Shown here: positions 10,041 to 20,060 of the stretch, piece by piece | How the letters are laid out: every line of letters starts with the position of its first letter | Position numbering within the stretch: position 1 is the stretch's first letter | Assembly (NCBI GenBank): GCA_963727625.1 | Contig: CAVSHR010000005.1 | Coordinates: forward strand, 1,024,001-1,088,000 | Direction: 5' to 3' | DNA length: 64,000 nt | From: an uncultured delta proteobacterium | GTDB lineage: Bacteria > Desulfobacterota > Binatia > UBA9968 | Translations under genes and position numbers: made by a program | Notes under the pieces: generated by a model | Seen by the model: only the letters and a program-made list of their open reading frames with translations | Database searches by the model: none | What the model was told of the DNA's origin: nothing

Positions 10041-11710
10041 TTTCTTGTCCCCCAGGTCCGTAGGAATGCAACGATGGATGAAATTTCCGAGTCCGTCAGG
10101 GCTCCTTGCACCGTTGAGCTCGTACCGAAACCGCCCATGGAGGTTCCGGCGCGGCCGCTTTGAATCGTCTTCAAAAGATAGGTATCCGTGGCGAGATCGA
10201 GAAAGACGCGATTGTTGAGCGCCGGCCCTTCCTTGCCCTCGCCGCGCTCGCCATGGCATCGGGCGCAGGCCGAGGCAAACAAACGCTGCCCTTCGGCCGC
10301 ATTGCCTTCAATCCAGCGGCGCGGTTTAGCATCCCCTTCAAAGGCGATCCCGCCGAGATCGCGAATGTAAGCGACGAGCCGAACGATCTCTGCATCGCGC
10401 AGCCCGCCTTCCAACTCTCCCCAAGCCGGCATGCGTCGCCCCGGCCGCCCCCGCTTGATCTGCTCGCGCAAGAAATCGTCGGAAACCAGACGCAGAAAAT
10501 CCCGGTTTCCGATAGCGGGAAACGGGGCTAAACCGGGGTAGCGCATGCCTTCGCCTCCGGCGCCGTGACAGGCCGCGCAGAAAGTTCCATAGAGCGTCGC
10601 CCCGTCCGTAGCGAACTCGCGCAAACCGAAGCGCTCGGCGCGAATGCGGTCTTTAGGCCAAAGCGCTTCGTAAAAGTTCCGCCGCCGCAAAGACATCATA
10701 TACAAGGTCAGCCGATCGATCTGTTGGTCGCCCAATCCGAGCTCGGGCATTGCCGAACCGCGCACCACCGAAGCGGGAGCGCGGAAATGATCCTTGAGCC
10801 AGTTGGCGAGCGTGCGTGCTCCTTTGACTGAGCTGAAATCGAGCTGTCCGGGATCCTTGTTACCCTCGGCGGTCAAATCCGGCCCGTCATCCCCGCCTAC
10901 GCCGCGAACTTTATGGCAGCCGCGACAGCCGAGAGTATGAAACAGCGCTTTGGCTTCCACTAAACCCGGGGCGCCGACACGAGAGCGAAGATATTCATCC
11001 AGCTCGGCTCGTTCCGCCGCTGAAAGCTCGCCAAAGGCCGAAGTCCATGGTCCGAAAGCTGCCTTTTTCTTTTCGCCGAGGTGAACATCGTACCAATCAG
11101 CCTTAAATCCGGTCGCGCCTACCCGCGAGAGATCCGGTCCCTCCCCACCTCCGGCACCGCCAGGACGCAGCGTTCCGCCCCTTCCGTCCAGCTTGTGGCA
11201 CGCGAGGCAATCGGCTTGTTCGAAAACTCGTTTGCCGTTTTCGAGACGAGCGAGGTTGGGAACGCTCAGGTGGGTGTGGCATCCGCCACACCCGGCATAG
11301 AGATATTTTTTTTCCAGCATCGGCTCCGGCCAATACGGCACCGCGCCATGCGCCGCCGCCGTTTCGGTCGCCCTTCCCTGGCCGCTGTGACAAACGGTGC
11401 AGCCGTAAGCGGCCGGATCGTGGACCACATCCGGATGGCGCCCGAAGAGTCGATCGCCTTCGATGCCGTTTTCACCCGGCGCCATCCCGACGTGACAACT
11501 CACGCACCGGTCCGTCGCTTCCAGCTCACGGCTGACAATCTGCCGCAGTTGAATCGTGAAGGCGTCGGCCTGGGACGCCGGCAGCTCCGCTTGTATGCGC
11601 CGCTGGATCACGCGCCAGTCGCGGAAGAAATTCTCGCTGACGGCGGCCCAAACCAGCACCGCCAGCGCCGCCAGGCTTGACCACAGGAGCAGATGTTTGT
11701 TCGCCTTCAT
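10037..11710 (-). CDS. Membrane-anchored multiheme cytochrome c (7 CxxCH)
   Basis: CVSCH, CTVCH, CGGCH, CLACH, CRGCH, CAACH, CARCH; N-terminal TM helix; ATGA overlap with nxrA. Confidence 0.92.
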   Translation of the reverse strand: MKANKHLLLWSSLAALAVLVWAAVSENFFRDWRVIQRRIQAELPASQADAFTIQLRQIVSRELEATDRCVSCHVGMAPGENGIEGDRLFGRHPDVVHDPAAYGCTVCHSGQGRATETAAAHGAVPYWPEPMLEKKYLYAGCGGCHTHLSVPNLARLENGKRVFEQADCLACHKLDGRGGTLRPGGAGGGEGPDLSRVGATGFKADWYDVHLGEKKKAAFGPWTSAFGELSAAERAELDEYLRSRVGAPGLVEAKALFHTLGCRGCHKVRGVGGDDGPDLTAEGNKDPGQLDFSSVKGARTLANWLKDHFRAPASVVRGSAMPELGLGDQQIDRLTLYMMSLRRRNFYEALWPKDRIRAERFGLREFATDGATLYGTFCAACHGAGGEGMRYPGLAPFPAIGNRDFLRLVSDDFLREQIKRGRPGRRMPAWGELEGGLRDAEIVRLVAYIRDLGGIAFEGDAKPRRWIEGNAAEGQRLFASACARCHGERGEGKEGPALNNRVFLDLATDTYLLKTIQSGRAGTSMGGFGTSSTVQGALTDSEISSIVAFLRTWGTRK

Positions 11711-11767
11711 CTTCCAGCGTTGACCTGAATCTGCAATTTGAGATTCGTCATCTGAGATCCCGCAGAG

Positions 11768-13336
11768 CTAGTGTCCCGGCCACTGGGAGTGAGACCAATA
11801 AAACTCCCAGTTCGGTCCGCGGAAATAGGTTCCGATCACTGTCAGCACCACAAAGCCGCACATAAAGCAGGTGAACAAAGCCAATGCGCCGGCGCGTGTC
11901 GAGTTGTACTTTTTCAGGCAGCGAAGCGAATAGCAGGCGTAGATCAAGGTCAATAGCGTGCCGGGGTTAATGAACGTGATTATGAGCTGCGGCGCGCCGA
12001 GCCACCATTGGCGAATCCAACCGAATCGAATCACCAAGGCTTCGATAACCACCACCACCGTCAGCCCGAAGATGGCCGCGCCGGCCACCAAGCGCCCGCC
12101 TCCGGCACCGCCGAACCAGGTTCCGGTCCCGTCTGTTTCACGATCCAGATAAGGGATCAATCCGAGGCCGATGAGCACGATCATCGGAATGCCGACGCCG
12201 CCCATGAAAGCTGAATGCGAGACTAATTCCTGCAGCCCGAGAAAATACCAGGGCGCTTTGGCGGGATTTTCGGGTATTGCCGGATTGGCCACTTCTTTCA
12301 GCGGCGCGTCGAGAAAAATCGCCAGAATCACCGAGAGCGCGACCGTCAACATGAAGACGGCGGCTTCGCCATATAGCAGGTGCGGCATGGAAGGCAGGGT
12401 GTGCTCCGGCCCGTCTCCGACCGCGGCTGTTCGTCCCTTGACGATGGCTGCCAAGCTGTAGGTCTTCTGCGGCGCTTCCGTAAAGACCGGATAGAGCTCC
12501 GCCGGCCCGGCCCCGAGCCGCCGGTCCGCGTCGGCAGGTTTTGCCAGGCCGCCATCCTTGCGGATGCGCCAGAAGTGCACGGCCATGAGCGTGACCAAAA
12601 GCAGGGGCAGAATCATCACATGAAAGAGATAAAAACGTATGAGCGCCTCTTCACCGACCTCTTCGGAGCCGAGAAGGATTAGTTTTTGCAGCCCGCCGAT
12701 GTCGAACCACGACGTGATCCCGAGTGCGTCCGTGACTTCGCGCGGCGACTGCGCGATGTTCGCGCCGATGGTAATCGCCCAGTAGGCCAACTGGTCCCAG
12801 GGAAGCAGGTAGCCGGTAAAGGAAAGACCGAGCGTCAGCACTAAAAGCCCCATGCCGATCAGCCAGTTGAACTCGCGCGGCGCTCGATAAGACGCGGTGT
12901 AAAACACCCGCGCCATGTGCAGCAGAACCACCACCACCATCATGTTTCCCGACCAGCGGTGGATGTTGCGAATGAATCGTCCGGTCGGCACGACAAAGTG
13001 AATGTCTTTAATCGAAAAATAAGCGACGTCCGGGTAAGGCTTGTAGTAGAACATGAGCAGCACGCCGGTGATCACGAGAACCAAAAAGCAAGAAAGCGCC
13101 GCAATCCCGAGCCCCCAGGTCGTTGACCAGCGGAGACTCCAGCGGTGCGTGCGCACCGGATGGAGATGGAGAAAGACGTTGCCAAACACAAAAGTCGAGC
13201 GGGTCCGGTCCGACGCGGGCTTCCCGCTCCGAAACATCGTCTCGGTCAAACGGCGCGGCGCCAGTTTTAGATTTTCAGTGAATCGGCCTAGTGCCGACCC
13301 GCTCGGGGCCTCCGCCCTTGAGGTTAGCGGATTCAT
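11768..13336 (-). CDS. Cytochrome b of a Rieske/cytb complex (b6 fused to subunit IV)
   Basis: Start MNPLTS at 13336; IHRW, LHMARVF, GYLLPWDQLAYWA, RFYLFHV, VHFW, KAPWYF. Confidence 0.92.
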   Translation of the reverse strand: MNPLTSRAEAPSGSALGRFTENLKLAPRRLTETMFRSGKPASDRTRSTFVFGNVFLHLHPVRTHRWSLRWSTTWGLGIAALSCFLVLVITGVLLMFYYKPYPDVAYFSIKDIHFVVPTGRFIRNIHRWSGNMMVVVVLLHMARVFYTASYRAPREFNWLIGMGLLVLTLGLSFTGYLLPWDQLAYWAITIGANIAQSPREVTDALGITSWFDIGGLQKLILLGSEEVGEEALIRFYLFHVMILPLLLVTLMAVHFWRIRKDGGLAKPADADRRLGAGPAELYPVFTEAPQKTYSLAAIVKGRTAAVGDGPEHTLPSMPHLLYGEAAVFMLTVALSVILAIFLDAPLKEVANPAIPENPAKAPWYFLGLQELVSHSAFMGGVGIPMIVLIGLGLIPYLDRETDGTGTWFGGAGGGRLVAGAAIFGLTVVVVIEALVIRFGWIRQWWLGAPQLIITFINPGTLLTLIYACYSLRCLKKYNSTRAGALALFTCFMCGFVVLTVIGTYFRGPNWEFYWSHSQWPGH

Positions 13337-13830
13337 ACCGTCACCGTTGTTCCAGCGGCGACGTTGTTCCCTTCGTCGATCATGAAATGGTCGCCGCTCA
13401 AATGTTTCACCTCGAGCCACGGCAGTCCCTTCGGCGCGGGTCCTTTGATCACCGAGCCATCCTTTGCGAATTTCGAGCCGTGACACGGGCAGTCGAAACC
13501 CGTTTCGGTCGGCTTGACGATGCAGCCCAGATGCGTGCAGACCCGGGAAATCGCGTGCACCGCGTTGCCCTCTTTTATAATCGCTACCGACCGGCCGGCG
13601 GGGAGGTAGGGTTGGCCCGCGAGCAAGGATGGCGGGAGCGTGACTTTGAATTTCTTCGACGGAGAAGGAAGGACCGCAGCTTTCGGCAGCCGCATCGCGC
13701 CGAGAAAGCCGAAGAGCAGCGCGGCTGACGCAGACCACCACGCCGCGAGACCGAGGAAATCCCTGCGTGGCATCGCCTCGGGATCCAATCTGGACCGGAA
13801 CGTCGATGGGGTCTTGGCTTCGGTTGTCAT
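13333..13830 (-). CDS. Rieske 2Fe-2S protein
   Basis: PRRDFL Tat-like anchor; CTHLGC and CPCHGS; start 13830. Confidence 0.95.
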   Translation of the reverse strand: MTTEAKTPSTFRSRLDPEAMPRRDFLGLAAWWSASAALLFGFLGAMRLPKAAVLPSPSKKFKVTLPPSLLAGQPYLPAGRSVAIIKEGNAVHAISRVCTHLGCIVKPTETGFDCPCHGSKFAKDGSVIKGPAPKGLPWLEVKHLSGDHFMIDEGNNVAAGTTVTV

Positions 13831-15794
13831 GCAGCCCTCCACTCGGTTTGAAAGCTCACCCGCTCCATGGCGATGGCATCGGCGGGACAACGCTCCACGC
13901 AAAGCGCGCAGCGAATACAGCGGTCTTCGTCTTTCAGAATCGCCGAGTTATTTTCCAGATCGGCGTCAGCGCCGAGTTGAGATTCAAAAAGCTCGCTAAC
14001 CTCCGCGGCCGGGTTCAGTGCGGAGAGAGGGATGATCTTCAAGCACAGCGTCGGACAAACATCGGCGCACCCGCCGCAGAGAATACAGCGATTGCCGTCG
14101 AAGACCGGGGTCACGCCGCAATCGAGACAGCGCGACGCCTCGCGCATCGCTTCGTCCTCGGCAAGGCGTTTTTCTACCGTCAAAGTCGGGTCCGCCAAGC
14201 GCTCCGCAGGCGATGCCATCGGCAATTCTACGCGGCGGATCCGCTCGTAACCGAGCTCGCGCCGATAACGGTCGAGCCGCACGAAACTCATCAACGTCTC
14301 GGGTTGAAGGGCGCGGCCGGTCACGTATTGGTACACCGAGCGAGCCGCTTTCTTTCCCGAGGCCACCGCATCGATCAAGAGCCTGGTCCCGTGCGCCAGA
14401 TCGCCAACCACGAAAACGCCTTCGGCCGTAGTCATGAGCGTTGTCGGATCCACTTTTGGCCAGCCCGGCCGGAATTGCTCAATATCGGCGCCGCCCTCGT
14501 CCAAAAACGAAAGGTCCGGCGCTTGGCCGGCGGCGATCAGAATCGAGTCGCAGTCAAGCACCTGTCTGTTTTCCTCTTCGAATGACGGCGCAAACCGGCG
14601 TTGATCATCGTAAACCCGGACGCAGCGTTTGATTTCCAGGCCGATGACGGTCCCTTGGGGGTCACGCCGAATCGCCACCGGCCCCCAGCCGGAGAGCCGC
14701 TCGATGCCTTCCTCTTCCCCTTCGCGAATTTCCACGGTGTCCGCCGGCATCTCCTCCAAAGTTTCAAGAGAGACCAGACGGACGCGCCGCGTGCCGGTGA
14801 GGCGGGCGGCCATACGCGCGGTGTCGTATGCCGCTTGACGGACAACCGTTCGCGCGACGTCATACGCGACATTGCCACCGCCGATCACGACCACATCGGC
14901 CCCAAGCGGCAGGTTCTCCGCCAGCGCAGCGGCGCGCAGGAAGTCGACGCCGCCGTAAACGCCCGGCCCCGGCTCACCCGGAAGACCCAAGGCTCGTGGA
15001 CGCTTTGCACCCACGGCCATGACTACCGCGGCGAATTCATCGCGTAACGACTGGAATGAAAGGTCACGGCCAATTTTGGTCTTGCAGCGGATTTCGACGC
15101 CGAGGGCTTCAATGACCGCGACTTCACGCCGGATCAGCTCGCGTGGGAGACGGTATTCCGGAACCCCCACCGCCAGCATTCCGGCGGCCAACGGTTCCAT
15201 CTCGAACACGACGGGTGTGAGTCCCAGCAGGGCGAGGTCGTGGGCCGCGCTCAGCCCCGCCGGACCCGACCCGATGATCGCGACCCGCTGCCCCTCGGCG
15301 GGGACTAAAGCTCCTTGCGTAGCGGCACGTAGCAAGAACGCCATTTCCTCGGCGTCCGCCGCAACTTTCGGGACATAGCTCCTGAGGCTTTGCAAAATTT
15401 CTTCCGGAGCCCGCGCTTCGGCTCCGATGGATTCGCAAACAAAGCGCTTCAAGGCGCGAATCGAGATGGGCCGGTCGGTCGCCACGAATGAGCCATCGGC
15501 ATCGGTCCGAGGAATTTTCCCGCGCCGACACCCGGTCTCACAGGGCGCGCCGCAGATTCGGCCGCAGATCGATGCGAAGGGATTCGGGCCTCTGGCGATA
15601 AGGTAGGCCTTGTCAAATTCCCCGTCGGCGATCGCGCGCACATAGCCCCGCGCATCCGTGTGCACTGGACAAGCGACTTGGCAGGCGATCAGATCCTTAT
15701 GGTGATCGCCTCTAGGAAGCTCGGCCCGAATCGGCGTTCGCATCATTGCACCATCGGTTTTCGTCGTCGCCGGCGTCGGCGTCGGCTGAATCAC
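13827..15794 (-). CDS. FAD-dependent NAD(P) oxidoreductase with N- and C-terminal 4Fe-4S clusters (GltD/NfnB/DsrL-like)
   Basis: CQVACP, CGRICGAPCETGC, GSGPAG, GGGNVA, CLDC, CILCGGCADVCP, CIRCALCVERCP. Confidence 0.9.
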   Translation of the reverse strand: MIQPTPTPATTKTDGAMMRTPIRAELPRGDHHKDLIACQVACPVHTDARGYVRAIADGEFDKAYLIARGPNPFASICGRICGAPCETGCRRGKIPRTDADGSFVATDRPISIRALKRFVCESIGAEARAPEEILQSLRSYVPKVAADAEEMAFLLRAATQGALVPAEGQRVAIIGSGPAGLSAAHDLALLGLTPVVFEMEPLAAGMLAVGVPEYRLPRELIRREVAVIEALGVEIRCKTKIGRDLSFQSLRDEFAAVVMAVGAKRPRALGLPGEPGPGVYGGVDFLRAAALAENLPLGADVVVIGGGNVAYDVARTVVRQAAYDTARMAARLTGTRRVRLVSLETLEEMPADTVEIREGEEEGIERLSGWGPVAIRRDPQGTVIGLEIKRCVRVYDDQRRFAPSFEEENRQVLDCDSILIAAGQAPDLSFLDEGGADIEQFRPGWPKVDPTTLMTTAEGVFVVGDLAHGTRLLIDAVASGKKAARSVYQYVTGRALQPETLMSFVRLDRYRRELGYERIRRVELPMASPAERLADPTLTVEKRLAEDEAMREASRCLDCGVTPVFDGNRCILCGGCADVCPTLCLKIIPLSALNPAAEVSELFESQLGADADLENNSAILKDEDRCIRCALCVERCPADAIAMERVSFQTEWRAA

Positions 15795-15810
15795 TGAAAA
15801 ACCCGCCCTG

Positions 15811-16224
15811 TCATCTGCCCGAACTGCTCGCCAAGTCGGCCAGCGTTGTTTGTTCCATCAGTTCGCCGATGACCCGTTGTCTCACTTTCTTCCACTTAAA
15901 ATGGAGCGCGCAGGGATTTGCTTCCGCGCACCGCTCGCTCCAAAAAATGCACCGCTCGAAAAGATCAGACCCTTCTATTGCGAGAAAAACTTCTTTCAGC
16001 TTGAGGTCCTTGGGTCTTCGCGCCAGGGCATAGCCACGAACGGCCCCTCGGGAGGAAACCAGGATTCCGCCCCGGGTGAGTTTTTGAAAGATTTTCGCGA
16101 GGAAACTGACCGGTATACCGCGCGACTTCGCGACGTCGCGAAGTAGCATCACCGTCCCAAAAGGCTTGGTGGCCAGCGCGATGAGTCCCTCGATCGCGTA
16201 TTCGCTCTCTCGTCCGAGTCTCAT
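15811..16224 (-). CDS. Rrf2-family FeS transcriptional regulator
   Basis: SEYAI, FLAKIFQKL, SSRGAVRGY, CIFWSERCAEANPCALH. Confidence 0.92.
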   Translation of the reverse strand: MRLGRESEYAIEGLIALATKPFGTVMLLRDVAKSRGIPVSFLAKIFQKLTRGGILVSSRGAVRGYALARRPKDLKLKEVFLAIEGSDLFERCIFWSERCAEANPCALHFKWKKVRQRVIGELMEQTTLADLASSSGR

Positions 16225-16232
16225 GTGCAAGA

Positions 16233-16259
16233 GTCAAAAGACAAATTTGATCTTTTGAC
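16233..16259. promoter_or_regulatory. Perfect 9-9-9 inverted repeat, candidate Rrf2 operator
   Basis: GTCAAAAGA-caaatttga-TCTTTTGAC immediately upstream of the Rrf2 ATG. Confidence 0.7.
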
Positions 16260-16270
16260 ACCAACCCGAC

Positions 16271-16285
16271 GCAAACCGCATACCA
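16271..16285 (-). promoter_or_regulatory. sigma54 (-24/-12) promoter of the Rrf2-nxr operon
   Basis: Minus strand TGGTATGCGGTTTGC, correct GG-N10-GC spacing. Confidence 0.6.
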
Positions 16286-16505
16286 TTGCATGCAATTAGC
16301 GGGAGACGAATTTTCAACGTAAAACCGATGGGGGGCTTCCGGAAATCAAGAAAACGGGCGAGTGATTTTCTCAAAAAGAAAAAACTTGGAGTTAACGCTC
16401 ATTCATGTGGATCGAATAGACCAAGCCCGGCGGGTTCCCGCTTCTAACACAATTGGCGCGGTGGACCGAGAAGAGCTGATTAAACCGGCATGACTCGCCT
16501 TGCCG

Positions 16506-16765
16506 AGCCCCACATCGTCGAGGCCACCCGCGAGCGCCGCACACCGAGTTTCACCCGCGACGACGAACGCGTGGTCTACGACATCACGATGGAGCTCAAC
16601 ACAATCCGATAATTGTCCAAAGCTGATGTCAGCCGCGGCATGGCCTTGTTCGGGGAGCAAAAGATGGTCGAACTCGTCAGCGCGATAGGCTTCCATTCAA
16701 TGGTCGCAATGACGCTAAAGGCCTTCGACGTGCCGGTCCCGGGCGAAAGAAAACCGTTCAAATGA
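16506..16765 (+). pseudogene. 3' half of a second CMD-family gene, paralogous to 3243-3785
   Basis: HIVEATRERRTPSFTRDDERVVYDITMELNTIR*LSK...MVELVSAIGFHSMVAMTLKAFDVPVPGERKPFK*. Confidence 0.8.
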
Positions 16766-16897
16766 ACAAATGGTCAAGATCGGCATCGACTTCGAACTGA
16801 ACGTTTCCGCAGTGACAGGAACCTTTGTATGTTTGTTTCATGACATGCAGCACCTTTGCGTCTTCATCTCAACGCCATGACAGCCAGTTTCTGATGC

Positions 16898-17971
16898 TCA
16901 CAACCCAAACAACACCTTCGGATTATCATAGGTAATCTTCTCATACTGCCGCGGCGTGATGCCGCCCTGATTTTTCAAGTTACGCAGCGCTTCGATCTCT
17001 GTGGACTGGTCGTTGTGACCATAGTCGGTGCCGATAACGAGATTTTCTTCGCCGGAGTATTTGAGCACGTAGTCGACATCGTCGTCGGTTTGGCACGAGA
17101 CGAACTGGCGATATTCTTTGAGCGGGTTATCCGGCAGGGCGCGGTTGATCGCGCCCCAGCGGCGCTGGAAATCTTTGACGACGTAGGGAATCCACTGGGC
17201 GGCGGCTTCGGCCCAGTGAAAGCGCAGCTTGGGAAAGAGCGTCGGCACCTCGCTCATGACGACCGAATGAAACGCGCCGATCACCGGGACGCGAAACTTC
17301 CAAAAGCTGCCGCCGCCGTTGTATTGCGAGACGAGATCGATGACGTACGGGTTGGCGTTGCCGACGTGGACGCCGACGGCGAGGTTGAGCCGGCTCATCT
17401 TTTCGTACAAGGGATAGAAATACGGGTCGGTGATCATGCGCTGGCCTTCGATGCCGCGCATGAAGACGCCGCAGGCGCCGTGCTCGCCGCAGAACTTTAG
17501 CTCTTCCAGCGCCGCGCTCATGTCGAGCAGCGGCAGGACACAAATCCAGCGCAGCCGACCTTGTCCTTGAGCGTGAATGTCGGCGAGCCAGCGGTTGTAG
17601 CCTTTTGAAATCGGGATTTCCCACTCGGGTTTGTCGGCGATCTGCTCGATGAACATGGTCGGGTAGAGCACCTGAACATCGATGCCGAGCTCGTCCATGT
17701 GCTTGATCCGCGCCGCCACGTTTTCCATCTCGCGGGTTTCTTGCGAAGTGTTCATGTCGCGTCCTGTGCGCCTTGCCACGTCGGCCACATCCCGGGCGGT
17801 GAGAACGACGCGCACCAGGCCGCGGATTTTCCCGTCGATGTACCAGTATTCGCCGCCGCCTTCGCCGCGCGGTTTGACGATCAGCGGGCGATATTTTTGA
17901 TCGGCCTTGTCGATGTAATCCCAGGTGCGCTCGGATTCGACGACGTGAGCATCAGCATCGATAGTCGGCAT
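16898..17971 (-). CDS. Amidohydrolase family protein (amidohydro_2)
   Basis: IDADAHVVE, MDELGIDVQVLYPT, GVHVG, GTDYGHND. Confidence 0.9.
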   Translation of the reverse strand: MPTIDADAHVVESERTWDYIDKADQKYRPLIVKPRGEGGGEYWYIDGKIRGLVRVVLTARDVADVARRTGRDMNTSQETREMENVAARIKHMDELGIDVQVLYPTMFIEQIADKPEWEIPISKGYNRWLADIHAQGQGRLRWICVLPLLDMSAALEELKFCGEHGACGVFMRGIEGQRMITDPYFYPLYEKMSRLNLAVGVHVGNANPYVIDLVSQYNGGGSFWKFRVPVIGAFHSVVMSEVPTLFPKLRFHWAEAAAQWIPYVVKDFQRRWGAINRALPDNPLKEYRQFVSCQTDDDVDYVLKYSGEENLVIGTDYGHNDQSTEIEALRNLKNQGGITPRQYEKITYDNPKVLFGL

Positions 17972-18091
17972 GGCGAATACCTCCTCAGGGCGGAGTCAAC
18001 GTATTGACGTCGTATTATTATAGCGGAGAGGTTCCGTGGCTTGCGTAAATTTTTCAGCGTCTCGTCTGATCGTATCGGACCAGAAAAAAAC

Positions 18092-18179
18092 TTACCGCGA
18101 AGGCGCGGAGTACGCCGAGGAAAACGTTTTTGGTCGATATATACTTCGAACTCTGCGAACTCTGGGCCTCTGCGGTGAA
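18092..18179. repeat. Second CGCAGAG-type inverted repeat element
   Basis: ttaccgcgaaggcgcggagtacgccgag ... ctctgcgaactctgggcctctgcggtgaa. Confidence 0.65.
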
Positions 18180-18358
18180 ATAATGCTGCTTCTAATGGTT
18201 GCAGCGCCGCGCTAGGTTGTATGTAATTATCCAATATCCAAGGACCGAATATCAAAGGCCGGTGGTGGGTTCAACCGGAATTATTTGTCGTCCCTCCGAC
18301 CCGTGGTCGCTGTGGCCAGTACATCCAAGCCTCAGCCCATGCTATAAAAACGGTAAGT

Positions 18359-18720
18359 ATGGATAATGCGCAACTAGCCGACTTGTGCGCCTGGGTGACC
18401 AAGGTAGGCTTGAACGGGCAAAGCGAATCGGCAACGTTGACCGGCTTTTGCAAATGTGCCGTAACGTTCGGCCCACCGCACCCTCGCGCGATCGTGTCGC
18501 CGACACCTTGCACCCGACGTACGAAGGCCGAGCATTTCGCTGGAACCGCAACAAGGAAGCACTATGCTTACCAAATATGGCCGCAGCGAAGACGACCTCG
18601 GACGCTGGCGGCGCAGGCTATTTTTTCGCCTTGAAGAAACCGGCGAGCCATTACTCAGAAGGCGTCTCACGGGAGTTGCCGCGAGCGAGTTAGCGGTCTT
18701 CACCGTCTTGCCCGGCTCGC
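18359..18720 (+). pseudogene. Frameshifted N-terminal remnant of an adenylate/guanylate cyclase-like gene
   Basis: MDNAQLADLCAWVTKVGLNGQSES...FC.. then, in other frames, DTLHPTYEGRAFRW and ETGEPLLRRRL. Confidence 0.55.
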
Positions 18721-18801
18721 CGCCGATCCGCCTCTATTTCGCGGAACTGAAAAGCCCGGAAACGGGCGCTCGACCGTTCCCCCGTCAAGATCCGCGGTCG
18801 A

Positions 18802-19794
18802 TTACGTTTTCATTTGCGAGAACACTTTCTTGGCATTTCCTTCAGTGATCTTCAGGCGGTCTTCCTCGCTCAGCCAGTCAATCGATTGGAAAATCGGCAC
18901 CAGGTCTTCGAAGTTGCGGCCGGTCTTGGGGTCGATGGCGTTGACCGCGCCGAACATCTCGGTGGCGAACAAAATGTTGTCGGCGCCGACGCGTTTGATC
19001 AGCAGCTCCATCGACTCCTTGTCGTAAATCGCCATGTCCCAGTAGACCCGCCGCGCTGCCTCCTCGAACGGCTCGAGCCCTTCCTTCACGTGCATGCCGC
19101 GTTGGCGATTCCACTGATAGGGAATGGCGCCGCCGCCGTGCGGAATTATGATTTTCAATTTGGGAAAATCCTTGAACACGCGCGACTTGAGCAATTCGAC
19201 CGCGGCCGAGTTATGGTGCGCGATGTAGTAAGCATTGGTGAGATGCATCGCCGGATTGAGCGAGGCGCTCGCGTGCACGGTGCACGGCACATCGAGCTCG
19301 ACCATCTTTTCCCAGAGCGGATACCACCACTCGCTGCCCATCGACGGCGTCAAAGGCTCTTTCCCGCCGGCGACGTCGGGATTGACGTTGCAGCCGATGA
19401 AGCCGAGATCTTTGATGCAGCGGTCGAGCTCGTCGACCCATTCCTTGGGCCCGACGCCCGGCGACTGCGGCAGCTGGCAAACCGGTGAAATTTTGTCGGG
19501 AAGGAGCTTGGCGACGCGCGCGATCAGATCATTGCACGCCTCGCTCCAATACCGGCTCACCAGCGGCGAGCCGAAGTGATGCCCCATCGCCCCCGCCTGC
19601 GGTGAGAACAGCAAACGGTCGATGCCCGATTCTTCCATGCGTTTGAGCTGGCCCTGCATGGAGCGCGCCAGCTCTTCATCGCTAATATTGAGCCTGGCCT
19701 TCACCGGCTTGGCGAGGTTGGTGATTTGCTGGCCGCGATAGGCCTGCAGCTGCGCCGGCGCGGTGGTGAAATGAGTATGTGCGTCGATGATCAT
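18802..19794 (-). CDS. ligJ: 4-oxalomesaconate hydratase-like amidohydrolase
   Basis: MIIDAHTHFTTAP, MGHH, CQLPQSPGV, IIPHGGGAIPY, NILFATEMFGAV. Confidence 0.75.
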   Translation of the reverse strand: MIIDAHTHFTTAPAQLQAYRGQQITNLAKPVKARLNISDEELARSMQGQLKRMEESGIDRLLFSPQAGAMGHHFGSPLVSRYWSEACNDLIARVAKLLPDKISPVCQLPQSPGVGPKEWVDELDRCIKDLGFIGCNVNPDVAGGKEPLTPSMGSEWWYPLWEKMVELDVPCTVHASASLNPAMHLTNAYYIAHHNSAAVELLKSRVFKDFPKLKIIIPHGGGAIPYQWNRQRGMHVKEGLEPFEEAARRVYWDMAIYDKESMELLIKRVGADNILFATEMFGAVNAIDPKTGRNFEDLVPIFQSIDWLSEEDRLKITEGNAKKVFSQMKT

Positions 19795-19817
19795 AGGAAA
19801 CCTCCGAAAAGTTAAAG

Positions 19818-20048
19818 GTTCAAATTGTTCAAGCCGTTCAACCGCTGCGCTCCGTTCAAAACGTTGGGGAGATCAAATTCAAGAACCCCTGAATCCTAGT
19901 GACACTGCAATGACCCGAAGGCCAACCCGCGCTGATTGTCAGCTCCAAATCGCTTTGCTATAGCAATCTTCTATAAAGTGTTCCACGCTGCTTTCGATTT
20001 CCGACGATTTGAACGGCTTGAACATTTTGAACGATTTGAACGACCTGA
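19818..20048. repeat. Inverted pair of ~9-bp-period GTTCAA tandem arrays in a divergent intergenic region
   Basis: gttcaaattgttcaagccgttcaacc...gttcaaaacg and ttgaacggcttgaacattttgaacgatttgaacg. Confidence 0.75.
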
Positions 20049-20060
20049 AGGAGTTCATCA

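Noticed and set aside
10041-10259. N-terminal extension of NxrA in the ORF track (likewise the extensions of cytochrome b, Rieske and NxrC)
   Set aside because: These overlap upstream genes; ATGA-coupled starts and Tat or lipoprotein leaders define shorter proteins.
19818-20048. GTTCAA repeats as a CRISPR array or iterons
   Set aside because: The period is about 9 bp, the units are degenerate and arranged as an inverted pair, and there are no spacers or rep gene.
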